From the NCBI GenBank assembly GCA_024704765.1, contig JAKMXF010000255.1, positions 186,001-250,000 of the forward strand: a stretch of 64,000 nt of DNA, given 5' to 3'. Positions 50,077-59,844 of this stretch are shown here, piece by piece; the first letter of the stretch is position 1, and each line of letters opens with the position of its first letter. This DNA is from Oopsacas minuta (taxonomy: Eukaryota; Animalia; Porifera). The position numbers were made by a program, and so were the translations under genes. The notes beneath the pieces were generated by a model that made no database searches, was not told the DNA's origin, and was given only the letters and a program-made list of their open reading frames with translations.

Positions 50077-51426
50077 ATTTCTAAAATTTAAAAAAAATAC
50101 TATTTGATTCAATAAAAATATATTCTATTTATATTCCCCACAGATGAACCCAAGCCTAATCATGATAAGCATATCTATGAATTGAAAGTTGATCATGCGT
50201 TTGTTTCAAATGTTTTTCGTCACAACAAATCAGATATATACGTTGATATGAAACTAAAGGTTGAGTGGAATAACGTACCATGAACGCCACAGATAACATA
50301 GGACTATATTTGGAATAAAGTGGCTTCTGTACACAAATGAGGGCAGTGATAAGTTAAACCTAGATCGCAATAGTAAATGATTCTTTGAAATGAATCTATA
50401 AATGTATATATTGATAATTGTTACAAATCAGATCTAAAATAAGAGTGATTTACCTATTCTGTAATTTCAGAACATAATTATACACAAGTTGATCACGTGA
50501 GATCATGTAATGAATAGAATAACGTAATTGACTGCGGGCATACGTGGAATTTGCAAAGAAATGCTAGTTAACAAAATTTACTGTACAAACTCCATCTTGA
50601 ATTCAATAATGGAGATTTCCAGAATGTTTATCCACTCTTCACAAGTTCTAATAATATCATTATAATGCTCAGAGCTATGGCGTACATCCTATTGAGCTCA
50701 AACAATACTACAGAAAGATGTCCTAGTTTGAAAGATACGGCTTGAAATCAGAATTCAATTATAGTCCACAAGGATAATCGAATAAGTACCGGGGGAGTTG
50801 TAATAAACGGGTAGGTTGAGAGCGTTTATTCAATACACTATAGATAGTGGGTGCTAGTACGCTCCATTAGGCATATTATTTTAATCACAAGGTGGTGGCT
50901 TGAGTCGCTCCGAAACTGTAAAAATTATAATAATTACCCTGATCAGCATCATGGATGCGGCTAACATCGGTAGTACCAGCAGCTCAAAAGAAAGGGGCAG
51001 TCTACTCGTCCCAAATATATTTTAAGTCAACGCTTGCCTATTTTGGGCATAAATCATTTTTCATGGATTAGCTAGAAACGAGAGGGAAGGCCTGCTTGCT
51101 GTCACGGTGTCACTGATATATTTTTGTAATTGTTATTCATTAGCAAAATAAAATTACTAATTATCTAATGGGTCGACTTAGGACGAGTGGATATACTGAC
51201 AGTTGACTGGCATTCAGGATAACCACTACCCTGGTTGGACCACCTAAATAATCCCCTCTATAAACGTATATAATCCGTAACTTATAACAAAAGTAATACA
51301 ATCCTAGTGAATATTCTCAGAACAGTCCATAGTCATAAAGAAATAAAATAACCATGTGGTCACATCAAGTAAAATAACATTAGCATCAGTTTGTGGAGAC
51401 GTGAGATCAATGAGAGGTAGTACTAT

Positions 51427-52107
51427 TCACAAAAACTTCAATGATTTGGTCTTATGCTTGGGTGGCTCCTTCGGCTTTTCATCAAATACTTTCACTGCTT
51501 TCGCTGCTAACGGTTGGTTAGAAAGACTCAGTGAAGTGTCAAAGCTTTTGGACACGATCACCATGTAGGAAGACCCGGAGGGACTTGGGAGAATTTGACA
51601 AAGTTTCCAGCCATCTGACAGAGACGAGAGGAAAGAGGCTAACTCATCATATTTGAGACTACACATTCTGTGTACACTGTTAGCCTGAAGCTCAAATTTT
51701 CTATCTTTTATTTTCTGTTTTACAATTTCCAACAACCCTGATATGTTAAAAAACTCTGCTTCAGCAATTAGAGCATTTTCACAAAAATCCTCGCAAAGAA
51801 AAACACGGCCACTTCTCATATAGTTGAGTAACATAGAGAAGTATTTAGGGTCCCTGTCAATTAGCAGGGCGCCCGTCTCGTCGATGTATGGACTTAATTT
51901 GTCCTGAGACTCAAGAAAAAGCTTGTGTAGAAAACAGTTTGGATATTTCTGGATAGTTTTCTGGCTAGTACAGAATATAGTGCCACCTACATTAAGTTTG
52001 ACCCATTCTCTCGGCGGTGTGAGTATATTGTCCGATTGCTTCTTTATTAACAAATCTATATTTTCGTTATTGTCTGTTACTGGTACGTCGATATTATTCT
52101 GGGCCAT
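51427..52107 (-). CDS. KCTD5: BTB/POZ protein of KCTD2/5/17 group
   Basis: WVKLNVGG..F, DETGALLIDRDPKYF..LLNYMR, C-terminal ELASFLSSLSDGWK. Confidence 0.85.
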   Translation of the reverse strand: MAQNNIDVPVTDNNENIDLLIKKQSDNILTPPREWVKLNVGGTIFCTSQKTIQKYPNCFLHKLFLESQDKLSPYIDETGALLIDRDPKYFSMLLNYMRSGRVFLCEDFCENALIAEAEFFNISGLLEIVKQKIKDRKFELQANSVHRMCSLKYDELASFLSSLSDGWKLCQILPSPSGSSYMVIVSKSFDTSLSLSNQPLAAKAVKVFDEKPKEPPKHKTKSLKFL

Positions 52108-52632
52108 GTTGAACTAAACTGTGTTTTCAAAGAAAAAGATATTTATATACCAATTCAATTTACTAACGGTGTCTCTATGAAAATTCAATTTTAAACTCTC
52201 AAAACATGGAGGAAATATTTGATGAATATTTATGCCTAATATTAAGAACAATAGATTCGGGCTAGTATATCGATATTAGGTTCGTATCATGCTAATGCGA
52301 TGAATAAAATTATGCGATGAAGTAATTACCATTCAATACTATGATTGCTTGTAAATAGTATTTGTGTACAAGTGTCCTATCAATAGGATTACATTGAAGG
52401 AAACGAACTGGATGGGTTCGGTAATCTGAGTCAAATGATATCATATGCTGTAGCTGTAATTAGAAAACCAATAATTTTATTATATTGGAGATAATTCAAA
52501 ATTATATGTTTCCATAATAGGGAATGAGAGGAGGGTTATTTCTTAGAATGTATCATATAATCTAATGCACAGGGAAAACAAGCTTTTGCAAACCAGAAAT
52601 ATTAATATAATTTAATTAAAAAGGCAATAAGA

Positions 52633-52710
52633 CAGCGGTTCTCAACCTTTTTCACCCTTGGACCCACTATACCAATTTTCACACATTCTGTGAACCCCTC
52701 CCATAGGCTG
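52633..52710. mobile_element. 78-bp hAT (Charlie-like) derivative with truncated right end
   Basis: Left end CAGCGGTTCTCAACC; perfect 8-bp TSD CAATAAGA (52625-52632, 52711-52718); homologous to the copy at 21223. Confidence 0.7.
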
Positions 52711-52903
52711 CAATAAGATAAAAGACGAAGTAAACAAGGCTTAAACAAATAAACACACAAATACAAACGACAATTATATATATACAAGATATTTATTACT
52801 AAAATACAAACCTGATTACATAAACAAATAAAAAGCAAACATTATAATATATACGCAATCTCTATTAGGAATAAAAGCTAGAGGGAAGGGAGTGAATAAA
52901 TGA

Positions 52904-55900
52904 CTAAGCAACTATTCCATGAGACTTGAACAGAGTTTTCAAGTTAGCAATAGCGATGTAAAACTGATTGAACCAATACGCAGTCTCTCCTTTCTCAATA
53001 CTGTCAGAGTATCGCTCAAGGAACGCACAGTTCGCATATAAATATTTAGGATTTGAATTAACAGTTACAAAAATAAGAACTGGGAGAATCTCATCAGCAC
53101 CAAGTGCTTCCGTCGGATCAGTGAAATGCAGCAGGTTAGTAATCAGCTTACAGCAGTTGGTGATGACGTCAAGTTTATCTCTTGGTGATTTGTAAATATT
53201 AATTGTGTGTAATAGCTGTAAAGCACCAGGCCATGGAGAACTGAAATAGTATTTAGGGTGAATTGCAAGGAATGGATCATCGATTTGAAGTTTCTTACTC
53301 AATAAGTTTAAACGTATTCTAAAAAGCTCGTTATCATCCTGATCTGTGATCCCATCTGGGAAGAATAATCCATAGTATATGTGATTATATATATTCCTTT
53401 CAATAGAGCATAGCAACGCATCATAATACATCCAGTTATGCCATATAGGATCTACTCTCATTTGTTCTAAGGTAAAATAAACAGAGTTTTGTATCGTAAG
53501 AGGTTTGTCGTCTGAAACAGAGAGATTAAAGTCAAGTTGTAGAAGAGTATTGTTTTGGAGAAGAAAGGATCGTGCTTCTGTATCCATGAATAACTTTTCT
53601 AATTCCTCAACTTGACAGAGAAGAAATTTCTCGTAGGTTATGATACGTTCTTGCTGAGAAGATAGTTTTAATGAAGTAGTTGTTAAATACTGCATATACT
53701 CTCTGCGAGCTAAATACTCCTTATTGAGACCGTCAATAGCAGCAGCTACTTGACTCTCTGACATAATATCTATAGTGTGTAGGAGATCAGAAGTAAGAGC
53801 TATCTGAGGAATGTCATTACGTGATATAGCAATATTAAACTCGTGATTAAGCATTGATACAAGACTACGTTTATTCGCTATATCAGGAGACATGGATATT
53901 TTCTGTGATGAGTCATTATCTTGATCTCCTAGCTCACTTGCTTGCTGCTGTATTTCAATTGGTAGGAAGTCAGGTTCTGGGATATTGAGATCGGGATAGG
54001 AACAGGTTGATAAGACTAGACGTAAACGCTTTATGAGAGAGTTCATGTTGGATTGAAAGTAACAGGTTGGGGAGTCTAAAGGGAGCAATGTAAAGTACTT
54101 TGAAGTAGGAATCGCTTTTTGTCGTGATTTCATAGTCATGTAAGTGAATGTAGAAGTTCTTAGTTTAGTCCATTGAGTCTCTCTAGCTGGTGTACTCATC
54201 TCTTTTAAGTCAGAATTAGAGCTTGATTTAGTTAGCGAGAGAGAATCTAATCTTTTACTGAGCTTCTGATGGTGACCAAATGTACTGACAGTTTTAATAA
54301 TATTCCTGGCATTCTTTTTGAATCTTTTCGATCGTAACATAACTTTAGGTTTGTCATGAGCTGCGAAATGTTTGGAGATAGGAAAAGAGTCACTGATACT
54401 AGCAGTCTTCTTAGGAGATGATACTAGTGTGTTTGATTTCTTGGCTGAGACCTTCCTAAGCTCTTCAGCATTTTGGTATATGTCCAGATGCTCGAAACAG
54501 TCTTTATCCCCGAGTGAAGCAGATCGCTGTAGTCTAATAAGTGAATCTTTAGAGTGTAATACTTCAGGGTGTTCATCTGAATGTTCTAAAGGGTCTGAAT
54601 CAGATTGATCCTGTAATTGTACTGAAATAGATGGAGTGTTGGAGGAGACAGAGGCTTTTGAAGAGGGGTAAGGAGGTAGGGGCGGTTTAAGGGTCCCAGT
54701 ATCTACTTTGTAAGTAGATGAATTTGAATTTGCAAGAGAACCGAGTCCACTGGTATCACCCTCATAGCTCTTGTCCTCTTCATCTTCACTTGAGGAGGAC
54801 GATTCACTTGTTTCGTCACAAATAGACGACATAGGATTGACTCCTCGTCTCAGAGTCTCATATCCCGATACAGAATTCTGTCTGGTCTTAGCACTACGTG
54901 TTAATAAGAAATTCCCATCCATACAATATGAGTCCTTCAATGCACTATGTATAGCTGTATTCTCCTTAGAAATATCTCGTAGTGAAGTCACCTGCTTTTT
55001 ACCATGTATTATTTCTTCTTCTGATTTTATCTCAAATCCTTCTGGCTGATCTGGATCTCTCTCTTTAATAGGAAATAACATCAGCCTTGGTAGGGATATT
55101 TTAGGGGGCGTATTCGGGGTATCAGTTGGTGTTTTCTTCTTTTTTGACTGTAAAATAGGTTCTGCTCTTTCCAGAGACATAACCACTGATTTGGTCTCTT
55201 CCAGCTGTTTCAGAATAGGATTATGCTCCTGTAATGTTTCGATGCTACTTATGTTTCTGATAGATTTCTGTAAAAATATTAAATCTTGTTTGGAAATGAG
55301 AATATGAGTTCTCTCAGCTTCCAATTTTTTGTAGAAAAAACAAGCATTTTTAGTGAACTTTTTGGGACTAATTTCCCCTTCAATTACTTCATTCTGACTT
55401 TTCTGATTCAAAACGAGAGAGTCGATATAACTCGCATAAATATCAAGATTCGTAAATTTGAAAACAAGCTTCAAATCCTGACTCAATAACCTCAAATTAA
55501 CACGAGATAGATTCTGTAGTACAGTAGCCATACAGTTTAGATTTGACCTAATACGGTCAGTCAATAGCGAATCTTCTACTAGGCCGAATGAAGCAGGATC
55601 CGCTACAACTGGCACAATAAATAAACCGAAAATAAGGTTAGCTAGACAACTCTGTATAGCTTCTACGGGTAGAGTCCATTTCTTAGAAATCTCACGTTTT
55701 AACAAGTTAGCTACTATACGTACAGTATAAGGAGTTAAAGCTAGATGTTGATTAAGAGTCTTAATAAAGTTAGTGACAAGTGACCCTATAAACTTTGCTG
55801 ATTCCCTAATCTTAACTCTAATCTCCTCGCTATCTCCTACAACACCGTACTCTCCTTCGCCGGGAAACCCATGACAAGCATGCATTTCTGCTTTACTCTC

Positions 55901-56533
55901 CTCATATTCTAAGAATAACTCTTCATCCATAAGGAAGTGAATCTGTTTTTGTAAGACAGTTAAGTAGTATCCCTTCACGTCTACTGAGTTCTCAAGGTAC
56001 ATAGCAAACATACTTTTGAACCCTGAACCCTTCTGGAACAGTTCATAAGATAATTTACAATCAGATAACTCAGAGCACAATAACTCCATCGTGACCTTAA
56101 GATACAAGAACTCATCGTTAGCAGTCAGTAATCCACCATAAATAGATGAGTACACAATCCTAGCTAGACTGTCTTGTTTATCAGAACGTTCAAGCTGTGA
56201 GAACAGCAATACTATTATATGTGGTTCTTCATACAAGGTAGATAGAATTAAGTTAGGATTCTCGTGGTATGTAATCTCTGCAGATAACTTCATGTTTGTG
56301 TTCAAGAGAGAATATTTGTAATGAATTAATTTAACAAAGTCTATAGGTTGTATTGTCCTATTAACTTTATCATAATTCTCTTTTAGATAAGTCAGGAACC
56401 ATGAGATGAGATAGAGATTGGATAGCTTGGATTCCACATTCTTAGCTTGTAACTTTAGCAACTGTTTTTGATTTGTAGTGAACAGCTGTTCACTCTGGAG
56501 ACGCATACGAAGTTCTGTTACAAATTTAGCCAT
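52904..56533 (-). CDS. GAPVD1: RasGAP + VPS9 domain protein (GAPVD1/Gapex-5), 1209 aa, single exon
   Basis: N-terminal RasGAP-like region (..LF..P.VADP..FG, RSNL..MA.VLQ); C-terminal VPS9 (KSPRDKL, GADEILPVLIFV, GETAYW). Confidence 0.85.
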   Translation of the reverse strand: MAKFVTELRMRLQSEQLFTTNQKQLLKLQAKNVESKLSNLYLISWFLTYLKENYDKVNRTIQPIDFVKLIHYKYSLLNTNMKLSAEITYHENPNLILSTLYEEPHIIVLLFSQLERSDKQDSLARIVYSSIYGGLLTANDEFLYLKVTMELLCSELSDCKLSYELFQKGSGFKSMFAMYLENSVDVKGYYLTVLQKQIHFLMDEELFLEYEESKAEMHACHGFPGEGEYGVVGDSEEIRVKIRESAKFIGSLVTNFIKTLNQHLALTPYTVRIVANLLKREISKKWTLPVEAIQSCLANLIFGLFIVPVVADPASFGLVEDSLLTDRIRSNLNCMATVLQNLSRVNLRLLSQDLKLVFKFTNLDIYASYIDSLVLNQKSQNEVIEGEISPKKFTKNACFFYKKLEAERTHILISKQDLIFLQKSIRNISSIETLQEHNPILKQLEETKSVVMSLERAEPILQSKKKKTPTDTPNTPPKISLPRLMLFPIKERDPDQPEGFEIKSEEEIIHGKKQVTSLRDISKENTAIHSALKDSYCMDGNFLLTRSAKTRQNSVSGYETLRRGVNPMSSICDETSESSSSSEDEEDKSYEGDTSGLGSLANSNSSTYKVDTGTLKPPLPPYPSSKASVSSNTPSISVQLQDQSDSDPLEHSDEHPEVLHSKDSLIRLQRSASLGDKDCFEHLDIYQNAEELRKVSAKKSNTLVSSPKKTASISDSFPISKHFAAHDKPKVMLRSKRFKKNARNIIKTVSTFGHHQKLSKRLDSLSLTKSSSNSDLKEMSTPARETQWTKLRTSTFTYMTMKSRQKAIPTSKYFTLLPLDSPTCYFQSNMNSLIKRLRLVLSTCSYPDLNIPEPDFLPIEIQQQASELGDQDNDSSQKISMSPDIANKRSLVSMLNHEFNIAISRNDIPQIALTSDLLHTIDIMSESQVAAAIDGLNKEYLARREYMQYLTTTSLKLSSQQERIITYEKFLLCQVEELEKLFMDTEARSFLLQNNTLLQLDFNLSVSDDKPLTIQNSVYFTLEQMRVDPIWHNWMYYDALLCSIERNIYNHIYYGLFFPDGITDQDDNELFRIRLNLLSKKLQIDDPFLAIHPKYYFSSPWPGALQLLHTINIYKSPRDKLDVITNCCKLITNLLHFTDPTEALGADEILPVLIFVTVNSNPKYLYANCAFLERYSDSIEKGETAYWFNQFYIAIANLKTLFKSHGIVA

Positions 56534-56949
56534 GATACTTCAGCTAATTGTTGTTATAAGAGAATTTATTGAAATATATTGGCAAAGCTTAAATAATTAT
56601 TTTATTTAATTAATACAAGTAACAAGAAATACTAATATTTGCAGCTATTTTTAGTACAGTGTAATCTCCAATGCTACCCCGTTTCCCTGTTTCGTTTGTG
56701 GAGGTTCATTTGTATGAGGCTAGAAGTTCGCTCTATGAAAATACACTCCGTTTCCAGAAGTTCCCTGTTCCCGCAGGCCCGTTTGTGTGTTGTGGAGGTT
56801 TCGCTGTCTATACAACTAATCATGACCATAATTGGAGGACATATAGGAAATACTAGATCGAATATAGATGAATTCATAGAATATACGTGAAGAAATGAGA
56901 TGTCATAATCTTGATAAACATACACGGTTAAATAATTTACCAAATCATA

Positions 56950-58350
56950 CTAGTAAGCTTGTAACACAGGGTAATTAGTGAATGTACATGCGACTAATAT
57001 CTTCCCATTTGAGTTATAAACTATTCCACTAGGATTACACACACTTTTTGTCGGTTGACGCAGTCCAAATAGCCAGAATGTCCCAACAGAACCTATAGCA
57101 GCTCCTGTCTCAGATAGAATAATGATCTCATCTTGGAAAGTTCCTATATTCGTAACTAGAATATTACCATAATCATCAAAGCAGAAATAAGCCGGAGCCT
57201 TCAACACACCACCAGATACAATGTTACGAATATGCACTCCTTCTTTGGAATATTCTTGTAGAGGATATTCATCACTTCTAAATAGATTGAACTCAGATAG
57301 CCATCCATTAGAATGACAAAATAAAACATAGTAACTATCACCTACAACCTTAAAATCACTGAAACAACGATTTTCATCAATATTCCGAACATGGAAACTA
57401 ACCAGCCCATTGTAAGCTAGGTCATTTCCACTAAATATAGCTATACTAGTGCTATCTTGTATACAAGCATATACGTTATCCTTCCAACTATCTAGTACAC
57501 TAAAACTGAAGTTTTCCTCCTTGTGTATATTCTTAACAACCCATCCGTCAGTAGATATTTTAGCTAACACACCAGATGACGTCACGAATAGGTGATCACA
57601 AGTAAACACGACACCAATAGGAGCTCCTATACCCGGTTTAACACAATGGACATGTTCACCATCTTGAGTAAATATATGGACACGTTCCTGTGTTTTATCA
57701 GCTATAGCAACCATATTGGTGGTGCGATTAATCGCGAGTTGACGTGTTGGTATTAACCCAGATGTCATAATGAATGAAGTTACAGTTGGTATGTCACTTA
57801 CCCATACAGGGTTATTACGATCTTTATACATATTAGAAGCCTCAGTTAAACTAATAGAGTTTATTTTATCAAGCTGTACCCAGCTGTGTTCATCATCAAA
57901 TTCATGTTCTATCTTACCAAACTCAAGTATTGTCTGTGTTAAAGATTCTACGCTAGCACTTATTCTTATTTTACACATTTTAACGCATTGTTCTTCTATC
58001 TCACTGATCATTCTAATTACAGGTTTCTGTGATTCATTCAGAGTACTAAGCATATGATTATCTCTTAAACTATGTGATAAATCGTTTAGAGTTTTCTGTA
58101 GCTTATCTAGTTGCAGCTGTCTTTCTGTAATCGCTCCCTCAATCTTCCGACCAACAGCTTCTAGTAGAGACAATAATTCTACCTCTCTAGCTGTTAGGAT
58201 ATCGTGTAGTTCTTTAAAGATATGTTTCACAGCCTCTCTCTCCTCTGCCATCTTGAAACCAAAATTAGCCTCGTAATTAATGGTATACACATTATCTACA
58301 GGTTCTGCATCATAGAAGCTATCTTCTTGATTTAAATTACAACAAGCCAT
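56950..58350 (-). CDS. Second coiled-coil + NHL-repeat protein
   Basis: Same architecture as 46199-47632, shared EYPLQ.Y...G.HIR.I..G...P..F..D motif. Confidence 0.85.
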   Translation of the reverse strand: MACCNLNQEDSFYDAEPVDNVYTINYEANFGFKMAEEREAVKHIFKELHDILTAREVELLSLLEAVGRKIEGAITERQLQLDKLQKTLNDLSHSLRDNHMLSTLNESQKPVIRMISEIEEQCVKMCKIRISASVESLTQTILEFGKIEHEFDDEHSWVQLDKINSISLTEASNMYKDRNNPVWVSDIPTVTSFIMTSGLIPTRQLAINRTTNMVAIADKTQERVHIFTQDGEHVHCVKPGIGAPIGVVFTCDHLFVTSSGVLAKISTDGWVVKNIHKEENFSFSVLDSWKDNVYACIQDSTSIAIFSGNDLAYNGLVSFHVRNIDENRCFSDFKVVGDSYYVLFCHSNGWLSEFNLFRSDEYPLQEYSKEGVHIRNIVSGGVLKAPAYFCFDDYGNILVTNIGTFQDEIIILSETGAAIGSVGTFWLFGLRQPTKSVCNPSGIVYNSNGKILVACTFTNYPVLQAY

Positions 58351-58418
58351 GAGCTAAATAAGACACTAACTCATTATTAGATTAATTCATTACAAATTCA
58401 TCGAATTAAGCATGCTCG

Positions 58419-58521
58419 CAGTGATGCCAGATCATGTACAAAGTTTATAGATTCTGGCCTTGGCAAGAATTTGGCATGAACTTTTCAGGTTCGTGATTAA
58501 CCACATCATCTGGCAACACTG
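58419..58521. mobile_element. hAT-type MITE, 103 bp
   Basis: TIRs CAGTGATGCCAGATCATG / CAGTGTTGCCAGATGATG; perfect 8-bp TSD CATGCTCG (58411-58418, 58522-58529). Confidence 0.85.
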
Positions 58522-58605
58522 CATGCTCGTTATAATGTATCTTCTATAAAGAATAGAAATTATATTATACAATGCATTGTTTCAATTACAGATAACAGAA
58601 TAATG

Positions 58606-59343
58606 TTATTGAATAGAAGGACTATCTCTAGGTAGTTTCTTAGAACAAATCTTGGTCGTATTAATGAAATTCCCTCCTGCTGTTTTGAATGCTAATACAG
58701 TCAATACTAATAACAACACATATGCAGCTAAGAGTGAAGGCCAGACAGTAATGCTAGAGTTTAGGAGAGTGAGTGAAGAGAGGATAAGGTGACTAATAGG
58801 AGTGATGAATAGTAGAAACCATTTCCTCCTATAACATGCGTCAAATAGTATGACACTCCAGGGAATGTGTAGGAGTGTGAATGCACAGGTTAACAAGGCT
58901 GATGTGAGTATAAATTGGGGATATGACCAGCTACCTCTGAGACCGACTACCCCAGGACCTAATGAGCTCTTAAGAACGTTGAGGAACATAAATAATCCGC
59001 TAGCTACCCCGAAACCTGCTCCAGCAGAATATGCAAGTTGATGTCTGTATCTAGTGTCAGGATTAGAGAATTTATTGGATAGTTTCTTAGTAATTATAAA
59101 AGTAATACATCTAGCTAACTCCTGTAAAATTACAGAGAATGGTAGAGTGAATGCGGGTATATTCCTTAGCGGGGGTACAGCTGTCCAGATAAGAGAGGAT
59201 AGGAATAGAGAGATTAACCAAATGAATCCACACACTAACATAATAAGCACTTGCTCTGCATACCTATACTGTGTCACGAGGATAAGTGCAGTAGCAGGTC
59301 CGTACGCTATAAGGGCGTATGATACACACGAGAATACAGTCAT
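58606..59343 (-). CDS. APH1: Gamma-secretase subunit APH-1, single exon
   Basis: AYGP, GFIWLISLFLSSLIW, QELAR, GAGFGVASG, conserved His in LLHIPW and ISHL. Confidence 0.9.
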   Translation of the reverse strand: MTVFSCVSYALIAYGPATALILVTQYRYAEQVLIMLVCGFIWLISLFLSSLIWTAVPPLRNIPAFTLPFSVILQELARCITFIITKKLSNKFSNPDTRYRHQLAYSAGAGFGVASGLFMFLNVLKSSLGPGVVGLRGSWSYPQFILTSALLTCAFTLLHIPWSVILFDACYRRKWFLLFITPISHLILSSLTLLNSSITVWPSLLAAYVLLLVLTVLAFKTAGGNFINTTKICSKKLPRDSPSIQ

Positions 59344-59844
59344 AGTGCTAATATACAAGTACGTATTCGCTATAAGATGTGTAATACATTTTAAACTGAA
59401 CCAATGCAGTAATGTAATGTATAAGAGTATTGGCTGGAGAAGTACACCACTACAAATATTAGTTCATATAAATGTGTCCTGCTGCTATTATGCATATTGA
59501 AATGAAGGATGGATAGCGTGAGAACCGTCGTTTCAAAATGCTGATTATAGTGGATTCGGGGTGCACACGTGTAGCATTATATTGTAAGGTCAGTCCAATG
59601 GTGAAATCGTATCATACCCATTTCTATACATTATATCTACTACAAACAATACTCGTAAATAATTACCCAACACTCAATGTCTTTTTGAATGCAAAATTTG
59701 CTATTAAAACGGTAAACATAGCGAAACAATTAAGCTATTCATTCCTGACTTACCAATAGCCACCTAAGTGTCAGGCTAATTTGTATTGATTATATTGGTA
59801 TTAAAGTATGTGTAGAGTGCTGTAGTCAGCAGATAGATGCAAAT
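59344..59844. promoter_or_regulatory. Divergent region (APH-1 / DGCR8); candidate promoter heading the 15-gene minus-strand run
   Basis: Head-to-head geometry. Confidence 0.4.
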
